Shown one piece after another: positions 1-7,849 of a stretch of 64,000 bases of DNA; positions within the stretch are counted from its first letter, which is position 1, and the number at the start of each line of letters is the position of its first letter. The notes under the pieces are model-generated. The model saw only the letters and a program-made list of their open reading frames with translations, had not been told where the DNA came from and ran no database searches. Origin of the DNA: Actinomycetota bacterium (GTDB lineage: Bacteria; Actinomycetota; UBA4738; HRBIN12); the NCBI GenBank assembly GCA_046731295.1, contig JBKPKU010000105.1, forward strand, positions 10,530 through 74,529, written 5' to 3'. A program made the translations under genes and the position numbers.

Positions 1-197
1 CCTTGCTCTCGATGGTGCAGATGCCGGGCGGGATCCCGGTCGGCGTGCTGGCGGTCGGCAAGGCCGGCGCCGTGAACGCCGCGATCCTGGCGACGCAGAT
101 CCTCGGCCTGTCGCGCGCCGGGCTGGACGAGGCCGTTCGCAAGCTTCGTGAGGCCAGCGCGGCCGAGATCCTGACGAATCCAGACCCTTCCGCCTAG
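1..197 (+). CDS. purE: N5-carboxyaminoimidazole ribonucleotide mutase, C-terminal fragment (5' end outside window)
   Basis: The 64-aa tail 'QMPGGIPVGVLAVGKAGAVNAAILATQILGL' resembles the conserved PurE C-terminal region. The ORF is open to the window edge. Confidence 0.7.
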   Translation, partial: LLSMVQMPGGIPVGVLAVGKAGAVNAAILATQILGLSRAGLDEAVRKLREASAAEILTNPDPSA

Positions 198-367
198 GGG
201 CGTACCTCCTGCCGGTGGCGCCTCACGCAGCGGCTCAGCCTGGTGAGTGAGATCGGACCTTGGGGTTTCGGCGTTCGACGGGTAGGGCGGTCGAGTTCTC
301 GCGACCCGTCACCCCGACAGACAGAACCCTGACGGGTGCGCTCGAGCCACGGCCCTTTCCACGGCGC

Positions 368-2074
368 CTATGCGTCCCCACCCGCGTCGAGCTCACCCAG
401 CCGAGTCTCGGCCGCCGAGTGCGCGGCGGCGCGGGCCGGCTCGTGCCCGGTCATCGTGCGTAGGAACACGTCTCGCTCAAGGCACAGGAAGCGGACCTCC
501 GTGGCCGCCGTGACGGTCGCGGTTCGGGGGACGTCGCGCAGCAGGGCGATCTCGCCCACGTAGCCGCCGGGTCCGAGCCTGGCCACGTGCCGCCCCGCCG
601 AGGTCACATCCGTCTCTCCTTCTGCGATCACGTATACGCGGTCGCCGACGTCGCCCTCGCGAATCACCACCCGGCCGGCCGAGACCTGCAACGGCACGCT
701 GTTGCGAGCCAGGCGCTCGAGGGCGGCCGGCGGCAGGGGTTCGAACAGGGCGGTCCGGCGCAGGAGCTCGAGATCGTCGGTTGGAACCCGCGCACCGACG
801 TCCACCGCCCGAACCTGCGAACGGAGCGCGAACCCGACCAGCGGCAGCAGGGCGCCGGCGATCACGAAGGTCCACTCGGGGCCGATCGAGCCGACCAGGA
901 GCGCCGCGGCGAACGCTCCGAGACCCTCGGTCGCCATGTAGGCGGACTCGAGCACGCCCAGCGAGCGCGTGAGCTTCTGGTCGGGGATCAGCCGCTGCAG
1001 CATCGTCCGCCCCGTCACGTCGAACTGCACGTAGCCGGCCCCCGTCACGCCCAGCAGCAGCGGCGCCAGCGGAGGCACCGCACCGATCGTTGCGAGGGGA
1101 AGGCCGTACACGATCGAACCGGCTCGGAACGTCGGGAACAGTCGCTCTCGCGTCCCGGCCACAACCGCCATCGTCGCCCCGATGATCCCTCCGATCCCCA
1201 GGACGGCGTTCAGCGCGCCCACCCCCGTCTGTCCGATCCCGAGGACGTCGATGGCCAGCACCACGAGGAGGGTGTCGACGAAGCCCAAGACGAAGGTCCC
1301 CAGCCCGAGCATCGTCACGAGGACGCGCGGCCGCGGGTCCGACCACATGTAGCGGAATCCCGCCCCCAGCTCTCGGACGACCGCCGGCCTGGTCTCGTCG
1401 GGATCGGGCGCCGGCACCAGCGTTCGGATGCCGGCGACCAGGAGGGCGCCGATGCCCAAAACGACCGCGAGCGCGGCGTAGACCAGCCCCGGCCCGGAGA
1501 CGGTCAATGCGGCACCGAGCGCGAAGAACGCCGTGGCGACCAACGGGCCGAGCAAGACACAGACGCTTTCGATCATGCCCGCCGCGGTGTACGCCGTCGT
1601 CAGCTCGCTCGGATCCCGGGCGATCCACGGCAGGAGCGCGCCGTGGATGGGACGGACCAGCGTCAGGATCCACCCTACCGAGCATGCCGCGGCGTACACG
1701 AGGAACGCGGGCGCGTGAAGCAGGGCCGCGACCGCGGCCAGCGCGCAGGCGATCGCCATGGACGCCTCGGCGAGCAGGTAGACTCGCTCTCGCCGGTACC
1801 GATCGCCGAGCACCGAGCCGAGCGGTGCGATCACGGCCGCGGGGATCAGCTGGGCGAGCGAGATGACTCCGACCGCACCGGTACCGCCGTGTCCGAACGC
1901 GTACACCATGAGCGCGATGAAGCTCGCCCACTCGCAGATGCTGAAGGCGAGGAGGGCGAGCTGCGCCCGCGCGAGGTCCGGGTTCCGGAACGAAGAGGCG
2001 AACGCCCGCGCCGAGATCGCCAGGTCGCGCTTGATCTCGGACGGGCCAGAGCGGGCGGCGGACTCCCCGGTCAT
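368..2074 (-). CDS. MFS-type transporter fused to a C-terminal cyclic-nucleotide-binding (CAP_ED) domain
   Basis: 568-aa ORF. About 420 aa form multiple hydrophobic helices, then 'FEPLPPAALERLARNSVPLQVSAGRVVIREGDVGDRVYVIAEGE...GEIALLRDVPRTATV' gives the FGE..LL..RTATV cNMP-binding signature. The start overlaps the upstream stop (ATGA). Confidence 0.8.
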   Translation of the reverse strand: MTGESAARSGPSEIKRDLAISARAFASSFRNPDLARAQLALLAFSICEWASFIALMVYAFGHGGTGAVGVISLAQLIPAAVIAPLGSVLGDRYRRERVYLLAEASMAIACALAAVAALLHAPAFLVYAAACSVGWILTLVRPIHGALLPWIARDPSELTTAYTAAGMIESVCVLLGPLVATAFFALGAALTVSGPGLVYAALAVVLGIGALLVAGIRTLVPAPDPDETRPAVVRELGAGFRYMWSDPRPRVLVTMLGLGTFVLGFVDTLLVVLAIDVLGIGQTGVGALNAVLGIGGIIGATMAVVAGTRERLFPTFRAGSIVYGLPLATIGAVPPLAPLLLGVTGAGYVQFDVTGRTMLQRLIPDQKLTRSLGVLESAYMATEGLGAFAAALLVGSIGPEWTFVIAGALLPLVGFALRSQVRAVDVGARVPTDDLELLRRTALFEPLPPAALERLARNSVPLQVSAGRVVIREGDVGDRVYVIAEGETDVTSAGRHVARLGPGGYVGEIALLRDVPRTATVTAATEVRFLCLERDVFLRTMTGHEPARAAAHSAAETRLGELDAGGDA

Positions 2075-2601
2075 CCGTCGGTCCCGCAGCGGAGCGATCC
2101 GATGAACGCCTCGACCGATGCCCGATCGGCCGAGCTCAGAGAGGAACCCTGCTTGAGCGAGACAAGGAGGGGGTCGTCGTCACAGGCGAACCAGGCCAGC
2201 GACAGGCTCGGCCCCTCACCGGTCGAACTACCGGCGAGGAAATCGTCAATGGAGAGCGGCGGCATGGCGGGGATCTCGGGCGGGGTCTGCACGTTCGCCG
2301 GATCGTCGTCGGTCGCGATGAGGATCGCAACGCCGTCGGGCGGAAGGTCGAGCCCGCTCGCCTGTATCGGCAGGCGTGGATGGATCGTCGGGGAGGGGAG
2401 CTCGACGTTCGAGACCTGCGTGCCGGTGGAGGACGCGTCGCCCTTGCTGATCTCGAAGGCGTGGACGTGCCACCCGTCGGGTATCTCGGCGGTCCATCCA
2501 GCAGGGTCCTTATACGCGGCTTCGTTCGGATGCGTACACGCCGTGAGCGCGGGCAACAGTGCGCACCTCACGAAGCGCGGGTACGGACCATGCGGACGCA
2601 T
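2071..2601 (-). CDS. Putative lipoprotein (unknown family)
   Basis: Internal ATG at 2601 gives 'MRPHGPYPRFVRCALLPALTAC', a basic n-region, hydrophobic core and LTAC lipobox. The upstream 120 codons of the tracked ORF are Arg/Gly-rich shadow sequence. TGATG overlap with the upstream gene. Confidence 0.6.
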   Translation of the reverse strand: MRPHGPYPRFVRCALLPALTACTHPNEAAYKDPAGWTAEIPDGWHVHAFEISKGDASSTGTQVSNVELPSPTIHPRLPIQASGLDLPPDGVAILIATDDDPANVQTPPEIPAMPPLSIDDFLAGSSTGEGPSLSLAWFACDDDPLLVSLKQGSSLSSADRASVEAFIGSLRCGTDG

Positions 2602-3344
2602 CAGAGGCCCCAGTCGAGAGGCGCGTCGAGGCCGATCCGAGCCGTCTCGATGCCAGTGACCGCCACCAGGGCCTCGACCAACGCCGCCGAGCCGCCGAGG
2701 TAGCTCGAGAACGCGTCGACCTCGGTGGACACGAACCACCCGCGGGCGTTCGGCCACCAGAGCGAGGGCGATTGATCCCCTGCGAGGTCGTACAACGGCA
2801 GGACCGATGCGAGCGGTCCCCGCAACAGGAAGTAGTCGCGCGAGGGTCCGCCGAACGTGGGCGTGTTCTTCAGCACTCGGTCGCGCTCGTCGTCCGCAGG
2901 TTGGCCCGGCTCGTGCGCTCCCTTCCACCAGCTGCCCCAGCCGTCCCACATCCCGAACCAACACGTCTGGTCCTCGCCGGTCCAGTCGCTCAGGAAATCG
3001 ACGAGGTCTTCGAGCAGAAGCCTCGAGACGCTCCCGCTTCTCGGCTCGATGTCGCCGAGCTCGGGGTTGTGTGACGCGTCGTCTCCCGCGATCTCCCTGA
3101 ACTGGACCTCGGGGTGGAACGGCCTCGACAGACGCGACGCGATCTCGGACCAGGTCATGCCACGCGACGGTCCGCCCCTATCGCCTCCGGCGTGGAAGAT
3201 CCGGACGTAGTCGTCGAAGACGGGCGGCATGTACGAGCGGACCCGAACGCCGTCCGGATGCCAAGGGGAAAGGCTCGACTCGACCCAGGCTGCGGGTGAC
3301 GTATCGGTACATAGTTCGATCTCGGCGGGAAGCCACTCGTACAT
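2601..3344 (-). CDS. Hypothetical Trp-rich soluble protein (247 aa)
   Basis: ATG at 3344 ('MYEWLPAEIEL...'). The sequence is non-repetitive with many conserved-looking W/D residues ('CWFGMWDGWGSWW', 'LWWPNARGWFVSTEVD'). The region upstream of this ATG in the tracked ORF looks non-coding. Family not recognised. Confidence 0.55.
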   Translation of the reverse strand: MYEWLPAEIELCTDTSPAAWVESSLSPWHPDGVRVRSYMPPVFDDYVRIFHAGGDRGGPSRGMTWSEIASRLSRPFHPEVQFREIAGDDASHNPELGDIEPRSGSVSRLLLEDLVDFLSDWTGEDQTCWFGMWDGWGSWWKGAHEPGQPADDERDRVLKNTPTFGGPSRDYFLLRGPLASVLPLYDLAGDQSPSLWWPNARGWFVSTEVDAFSSYLGGSAALVEALVAVTGIETARIGLDAPLDWGL

Positions 3345-3373
3345 GTACCAAGCGTAGGATGACGTGATCGAGG

Positions 3374-3604
3374 CTAGCGATGGGGTCGCTTGCCGATCCC
3401 GAGCTCGCGATAGATGTCGCGGAACAGCCGCCGCGAGCTCAGCTTCACGTCGACCCATGCGACGATCCACACGGCCAGCACGAACGCTGCCACATAGACG
3501 AACAGCAGCATCACGGTGTTCGCCCAGCTCAAGGAGGCGTGGTTCAGGGCCTCTGGTGGGATCCCAGCGCCGGCGCTGATGCCGACGAGAGACAGTGGGC
3601 TCAC
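3374..3604 (-). CDS. Small membrane protein (76 aa, one TM helix)
   Basis: GTG start preceded by GAGGGAG 6 nt upstream. Third codon positions are almost all G/C. TM segment 'VMLLFVYVAAFVLAVWIVAWV'. It sits 30 nt upstream of the next gene on the same strand. Confidence 0.55.
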   Translation of the reverse strand: MSPLSLVGISAGAGIPPEALNHASLSWANTVMLLFVYVAAFVLAVWIVAWVDVKLSSRRLFRDIYRELGIGKRPHR

Positions 3605-3838
3605 GGCACTCCCTCAGATCGCGGCGTTCCCCGAAGCAGCCTATGCTCGCCCGCTCGAGAAACTCAATTCCCAGGTTCACCGGGGCGTGCATCGGACGAC
3701 GGTGGCCCCAGCCGCAGGGGGCCAGACGACCCGGATCCACTCGGGTCGTCGTAGGAGGCGTGGGGCTCGCCCAAATGGCCCTACACGGTCAGGCGGCATC
3801 GAGTCAGACTGAACTAAATCTGCTACCGGCTTTCATGC

Positions 3839-3919
3839 GTTCCCGTCCTCCGTCTCCTCACCCGAGAAGGGACGGGAACAGGAACCCCCGGGGCCGGTCT
3901 TCTCTCCCCGGGGGTTCCT
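3839..3919. terminator. Two adjacent perfect stem-loops (10-bp stem 3839-3848/3870-3879; 14-bp stem 3880-3893/3906-3919)
   Basis: gttcccgtcc...ggacgggaac, followed immediately by aggaacccccgggg-ccggtcttctct-ccccgggggttcct. They lie between the tRNA-Arg 3' end and the 3604 operon start. No U-tract on either strand. Confidence 0.45.
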
Positions 3920-3970
3920 CCAATCAAAGGCGGGAGGCGCCACGATCTCTCCGATCCTCAACTTCTCTCG

Positions 3971-4045
3971 TGCGCCGGGGAGGACTCGAACCTCCGACCC
4001 GCTGCTTAGAAGGCAGCCGCTCTATCCGGACTGAGCTACCGGCGC
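3971..4045 (-). tRNA. tRNA-Arg (anticodon TCT)
   Basis: The reverse complement folds as a cloverleaf: acceptor GCGCCGG/CCGGCGC, anticodon arm GCTGC-CTTCTAA-GCAGC, T-arm GGAGGTTCGAGTCCTCC. CCA is not encoded. Confidence 0.9.
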
Positions 4046-4289
4046 TCTGACCTGCTCTTTGTGCTTGTCATACCCCATATACGATACTCAGCGGCTGCCA
4101 CCAACCTGAGGCGGAACAGAAAGGGGCTGAGGAGCACACATTGGCGGATTTCTCATCACTCCTCGGAACCGCAGCTATCGGTGGCGTAATCGGTAAGGCG
4201 ATCGTGGCCGAAACCGAAGTGACCTGAACGACCGGCACTAGCCGTAGAGATCGGGGTCAGCTTCCAGCGTCGAGACAGCTAGGTCCGTT

Positions 4290-5018
4290 TCAAGCGAGGG
4301 TAACGAGGCGGCGATACTCCTCCTTGATGACGGCGTAACACTCGCAGGACGCTTCCTCTAGGCCGAGCCGATTGGTAACCGTGATCCGCCCGCGTTCGTA
4401 CTCGATGACGCCCGCCATCTGGAGCGTCCGCGCGGCCACAGTGACCGAAGCCCGGCGCACCCCCAACATCTCAGAGAGGAACTCGTGCGTGAGCAGGAAC
4501 TCGTCAGATCCCGCCCGGTCGTGGCTCTCCAGTAACCAGCGGGCGCAGCGTTCTTGAACGGCGTGCACGCCGTTGCAGGCTACGCTCTGAGAGATTTGGA
4601 CGAACAGAGCCTGCGCGTACGCGAGCATGATCTGGCGGAGCTTCCCGTCGCCATCCATCTCGGCTCGAAAATGATCGGCGTTCATCCTCAGCGTCTCGCC
4701 CGGGACCTGGCCGATCGCCTGGGCATTTCCGATCGCGCCTCCTCCAAGCATGGCGTGGACGCCGACCATCCCCTCGTTGCCGACCGTGGCGGTTTCGATG
4801 GCCGTCCCATCCTCCAGCGGCGTGATGAGCGAGACCACGCCCCACAGGGGGAAGTAGACGTTGCGAAGGTCCTCTCCAGGCCGCTGGAAGACGTCGTGTG
4901 GCTCGATTGCGATCCGATCCATGCTCGCCATCAGTCGCTCGTGCTCGCCGTTTGGCAGCAGCTCGAGGAGTTGGTTCTTGGGTTCGGTGCGCGCGAACGG
5001 CCCTGCGGATGCCGGCAT
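4290..5018 (-). CDS. Crp/Fnr-family transcriptional regulator
   Basis: 242 aa. N-terminal cNMP-binding beta-barrel ('VYFPLWGVVSLI...VGNEGMVG'). C-terminal HTH 'THEFLSEMLGVRRASVTVAARTLQMAGVIEYERGRITV'. Confidence 0.85.
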   Translation of the reverse strand: MPASAGPFARTEPKNQLLELLPNGEHERLMASMDRIAIEPHDVFQRPGEDLRNVYFPLWGVVSLITPLEDGTAIETATVGNEGMVGVHAMLGGGAIGNAQAIGQVPGETLRMNADHFRAEMDGDGKLRQIMLAYAQALFVQISQSVACNGVHAVQERCARWLLESHDRAGSDEFLLTHEFLSEMLGVRRASVTVAARTLQMAGVIEYERGRITVTNRLGLEEASCECYAVIKEEYRRLVTLA

Positions 5019-5258
5019 TCCGGCCTCCTTCCCACTCGGCGGGGACTTGGCGAGGCTCGGGGCCAGAACAACGACTGGCTGCCGCTCGGGCCGGGAACGC
5101 CGGAAAGCATCCCGGGTTGCTGCCTTCAGGATAGCGCTCCCTCTAACTAACTGGCTTTCGCGAGAGCGGATTCGGCGACGGTACGGTTCCGGACAGAACT
5201 GGTCGCCTCCGGGAGTTAGTGTTGCTCATCGGAAGTCTCACAGCGTGGAGGTGACAGG

Positions 5259-5588
5259 ATGGTCTTCCATGTTGATCGGGCTACCGACCACCGTTTCGAG
5301 CTGATCGGCGAGTTGGATATGGCGACGGCTGATCAGCTGTCCGCGGAGCTGGAACCTGCACTGCAGGACGGGTCGGACATCCGCCTAGACGCTTCCCAGC
5401 TCACCTTTACCGACAGTTCCGGAATCCACACCCTTGCCAACCTATGCAATCGCTGCACCAATGGCGGCCAGATCGTGCTGGAGCGACCGACGAGGCAGGT
5501 AGCGAAGGTGCTCGAGCTCGTTGGTGCGGACAGCATTCCCAACCTCGTGATCCACCGCAGCACGCAGGAGCCGCAGGGCGTGCGTTAG
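5259..5588 (+). CDS. STAS-domain anti-sigma-factor antagonist (SpoIIAA/RsbV-like)
   Basis: 109 aa. 'FELIGELDMATADQLSAELEP...LDASQLTFTDSSGIHTLANL' is the typical STAS core with the phosphorylatable Ser in the DSSG context. Confidence 0.85.
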   Translation: MVFHVDRATDHRFELIGELDMATADQLSAELEPALQDGSDIRLDASQLTFTDSSGIHTLANLCNRCTNGGQIVLERPTRQVAKVLELVGADSIPNLVIHRSTQEPQGVR

Positions 5589-5953
5589 CGATCGAGCTCG
5601 AACCAGACCTTGTTCCGGGTCCCTTCAGCCTCGACGCCCCACGCCGCAGCGAGCTGATCGACGATGTGCAGACCCCAACCGCCGCCCGGCTGACCGGGCG
5701 GTCTTTCAGCCGGAGCCACGAAGCCAACGCCTCCGTCCAGTACTTCGACCCGGAGGCTGTCTCCGTCGCAAAACCTGACAACCACGTCTTGAGTCCGGGC
5801 CACGGGTCCGTGCCTGATCGCATTCGATACGAGCTCGCTTGTGAGCAGGGCGAGGGCTTCGGCGGTCGGGGTCCCGGCACAGCCGGCGGCGGTCGTAACC
5901 CGATGTCGTGCGAGAAGGGGCGCCGTCGAGTCGGCTGCGAGATGGAACTCCAT
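5585..5953 (-). CDS. RsbW/SpoIIAB-like anti-sigma serine kinase (HATPase_c)
   Basis: Internal ATG at 5953 gives 122 aa: 'MEFHLAAD...LLTSELVSNAIRHG...VRVEVLDGGVGF...GGWGLHIVDQLAAAWGV'. This shows the N-box (E..SNA..H) and G-box (GGWGL). There is no stop codon between it and the upstream sigma remnant. Confidence 0.75.
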   Translation of the reverse strand: MEFHLAADSTAPLLARHRVTTAAGCAGTPTAEALALLTSELVSNAIRHGPVARTQDVVVRFCDGDSLRVEVLDGGVGFVAPAERPPGQPGGGWGLHIVDQLAAAWGVEAEGTRNKVWFELDR

Positions 5954-6368
5954 GCGCACGGGCAGTCTGTTCTTCGCTTTCTTCCGTCCTCGGTACGCTA
6001 CCGTACCCTTCGCAGTACGAATCCCAAACCCCCACCCTGGGAAAAAAAGTTCGGAGAAAGCATCAGGCGGTGTGAGCTCGATCAGCGCGTGTGCGACGAT
6101 CGACCGGTCCTCGACGGTCGATAACTCGTCCTTGCGAAGTTCCTCCGATACCGTCTTGCGAAGCGCGAGTACCGCCCTGCGGTACCGCTTGCGGAACAGG
6201 TTCATTGCGGTCCGGTACAGGTACCCGATCGGTTCCTCCATGTCCGCCACGCGGTCCCATCTCTCCCATACCTTCAGGAACGCGTCCTGCGCGAGCTCCT
6301 CCGCCTCCGCACGATTGCCCGTCATCAAGCAAAGATGTGCGTACAGGCTCGGCTGAATCGCTCATCAC
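5954..6368 (-). pseudogene. Decayed ECF sigma-70 factor, fused in frame to the downstream kinase
   Basis: Region 2 is intact ('SLYAHLCLMTGNRAEAEELAQDAFLKVWERWDRV...PIGYLYRTAMNLFRKRYRR'). The roughly 25 N-terminal residues normally preceding it are missing (TGA TGA in frame). Region 4 is shortened and degenerate ('LTPPDAFSELFFPGWGFGIRTAKGTVAYRGRKKAKNRL'). No stop codon. An A7 run lies at 6042-6048. Confidence 0.55.
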
Positions 6369-6420
6369 GCCAGGTTCAACCCTTGGCGAGGCCGAAACGT
6401 TGAGGGGCCTCCGTTAGCGC

Positions 6421-6651
6421 TCAGCCTCTCGCAGCATCCCCACAAGCAACAGCTCGGAGCATCCGGTCGTCCTCGCAGTCGATCAGCAGCTCGGCAAACG
6501 TGCGGCTCTGCGGATAACTCCAGAACTCGCCGATCCGCTCGGCCCGCTCGAGGTCGGGCAGCATGAGGACGTGGAGCAGTTCGGCGCGGGGGGCCGGCCC
6601 AAGGGCGTCCAGGCGCTCCCGTAGCCGGCCCTCGAGCTCGTCCGGGCGCAT
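6421..6651 (-). CDS. Hypothetical protein (76 aa)
   Basis: ATG-initiated ORF with a balanced, non-shadow composition ('LLHVLMLPDLERAERIGEFWSYPQSRTFAELLIDCEDD'). No family recognised and the RBS is weak. Confidence 0.4.
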   Translation of the reverse strand: MRPDELEGRLRERLDALGPAPRAELLHVLMLPDLERAERIGEFWSYPQSRTFAELLIDCEDDRMLRAVACGDAARG

Positions 6652-6872
6652 CGATCCGGAGGCTATGTGGTGACGGCCTTCGTCGCCTGCTCGGAGATGG
6701 ACTTGACGGCTCGTTCGAGGATGTCGCGGTCCCGGCCATCCCTTCAGGCGATGCGACGCCGTGTATGCGCCGCGAGGACGTCTCTCGGCGGCGGATGTAG
6801 GTTGAGATTAGGAAAGTAGGAAGCGGGTACTCGCCAACATCTCGGTAACTTTTCACGACTCGGAGGCATCAG

Positions 6873-7679
6873 GTGAGTGGTGGGAGGGCAGCTTTCCGAC
6901 CCAAGGCCACCACGCCTAGGGTGGTGAAGCTCGGCCGACGATACAGCCTCCACTACGCGAGCGACGGGTATGCCCTCTTCGACGACAAGCGGCCCGCGCA
7001 GCCCCGCATGCGGTACCCGCTTCGGGAACGAGGGCAGGCGCTGAACAGATATCACGAGCTGGAAGACCGTCACAGGCGGCGCCGGAGCGCTTGGGTTGCG
7101 GTGCTTGCTATCGGCGTCCTTTGGGTGGCCGGACTTATGGTGGCCGGACTTATGAAGGCATTCAATGACGCCGATTCACACCCGCTCGTGGGAGCGATCT
7201 TGGTCGAAACGCCCAATGGGGTGCCCTACGTCGCGTTCATTCCGAGTGCCCCCGGAACACAGGGAGACCCCGTCAACATAGCTGATGACGCCAGAGGCAA
7301 GAGCGCTCTCTTACGGCTGTTACCGGTAGAAGACCTCGCTTTCAGTGGCCCGATCTTCGTGGAGGGGACCGTCCCCCATCCGGCACCCGGGCCGGACCCA
7401 GGACCCAAGCCCTCGCCAGGCCCGGGCCCCTCACCGTCGCCCACTCCAGGGCCGCCCTCGCCCTCAGCGACGTCTAGTCCATCGCTCACGATGACCGATT
7501 CGCCACCTACGACCACCGAGGTACCCGCGAATGAACCACCACCCACAACGGTCGAGCCGACGACGACACCGGAGCCGTCCCCAACGGCGGAGCCTTCAAC
7601 GACCACGGAACCGCCGACCGAGACCAAATCGCCCGAACCAAAGGAGACAAAGACGAAGACAAAGCCGCCCAAGCCGTAA
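6873..7679 (+). CDS. Single-pass membrane protein with a Pro/Thr/Ser-rich extracytoplasmic tail
   Basis: GTG start with GGAGG 7 nt upstream. TM 'WVAVLAIGVLWVAGLMVAGLM'. C-terminal 'PAPGPDPGPKPSPGPGPSPSPTPGPPSPS...TTTEPPTETKSPEPKETKTKTKPPKP'. Confidence 0.7.
   Translation: MSGGRAAFRPKATTPRVVKLGRRYSLHYASDGYALFDDKRPAQPRMRYPLRERGQALNRYHELEDRHRRRRSAWVAVLAIGVLWVAGLMVAGLMKAFNDADSHPLVGAILVETPNGVPYVAFIPSAPGTQGDPVNIADDARGKSALLRLLPVEDLAFSGPIFVEGTVPHPAPGPDPGPKPSPGPGPSPSPTPGPPSPSATSSPSLTMTDSPPTTTEVPANEPPPTTVEPTTTPEPSPTAEPSTTTEPPTETKSPEPKETKTKTKPPKP
7125..7154 (+). repeat. Perfect 15-bp tandem duplication (gtggccggacttatg x2) inside the TM helix codons
   Basis: Read directly from the sequence. It encodes VAGLM-VAGLM, in frame. 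Confidence 0.95.
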
Positions 7680-7849
7680 TTAAAGGGATCAGGGGAAGCG
7701 CGAGGCACCCGGCACTACGACCCAGCACGATGACTTTGCGCCCGCTGGTCCTGCGGCTGACCTCGACTCGTAATCAGGCGTAGCATCACCTCCGGCTCGG
7801 CGCGTGGCTCCCTCCGATCCCACGGTAAGGGGAAGGGTGCCCAGGCCCG

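Noticed and set aside
477-2659. Long ORFs overlapping the MFS gene in other frames or on the other strand (477-1931 minus, 587-2659 plus, and several 60-120-aa ORFs)
   Set aside because: Their translations are dominated by Arg/Gly/Pro/Ala/Asp runs with no domain signature. This is typical of shadow frames in very GC-rich coding DNA, and the MFS frame explains the region.
7226-7708. 160-aa minus-strand ORF (Gly/Val/Ser-rich) opposite the Pro/Thr-rich tail of the 6873 gene
   Set aside because: It is a complement artefact of the low-complexity Pro/Thr/Ser codons. The plus-strand gene has a start, an RBS and a TM helix.
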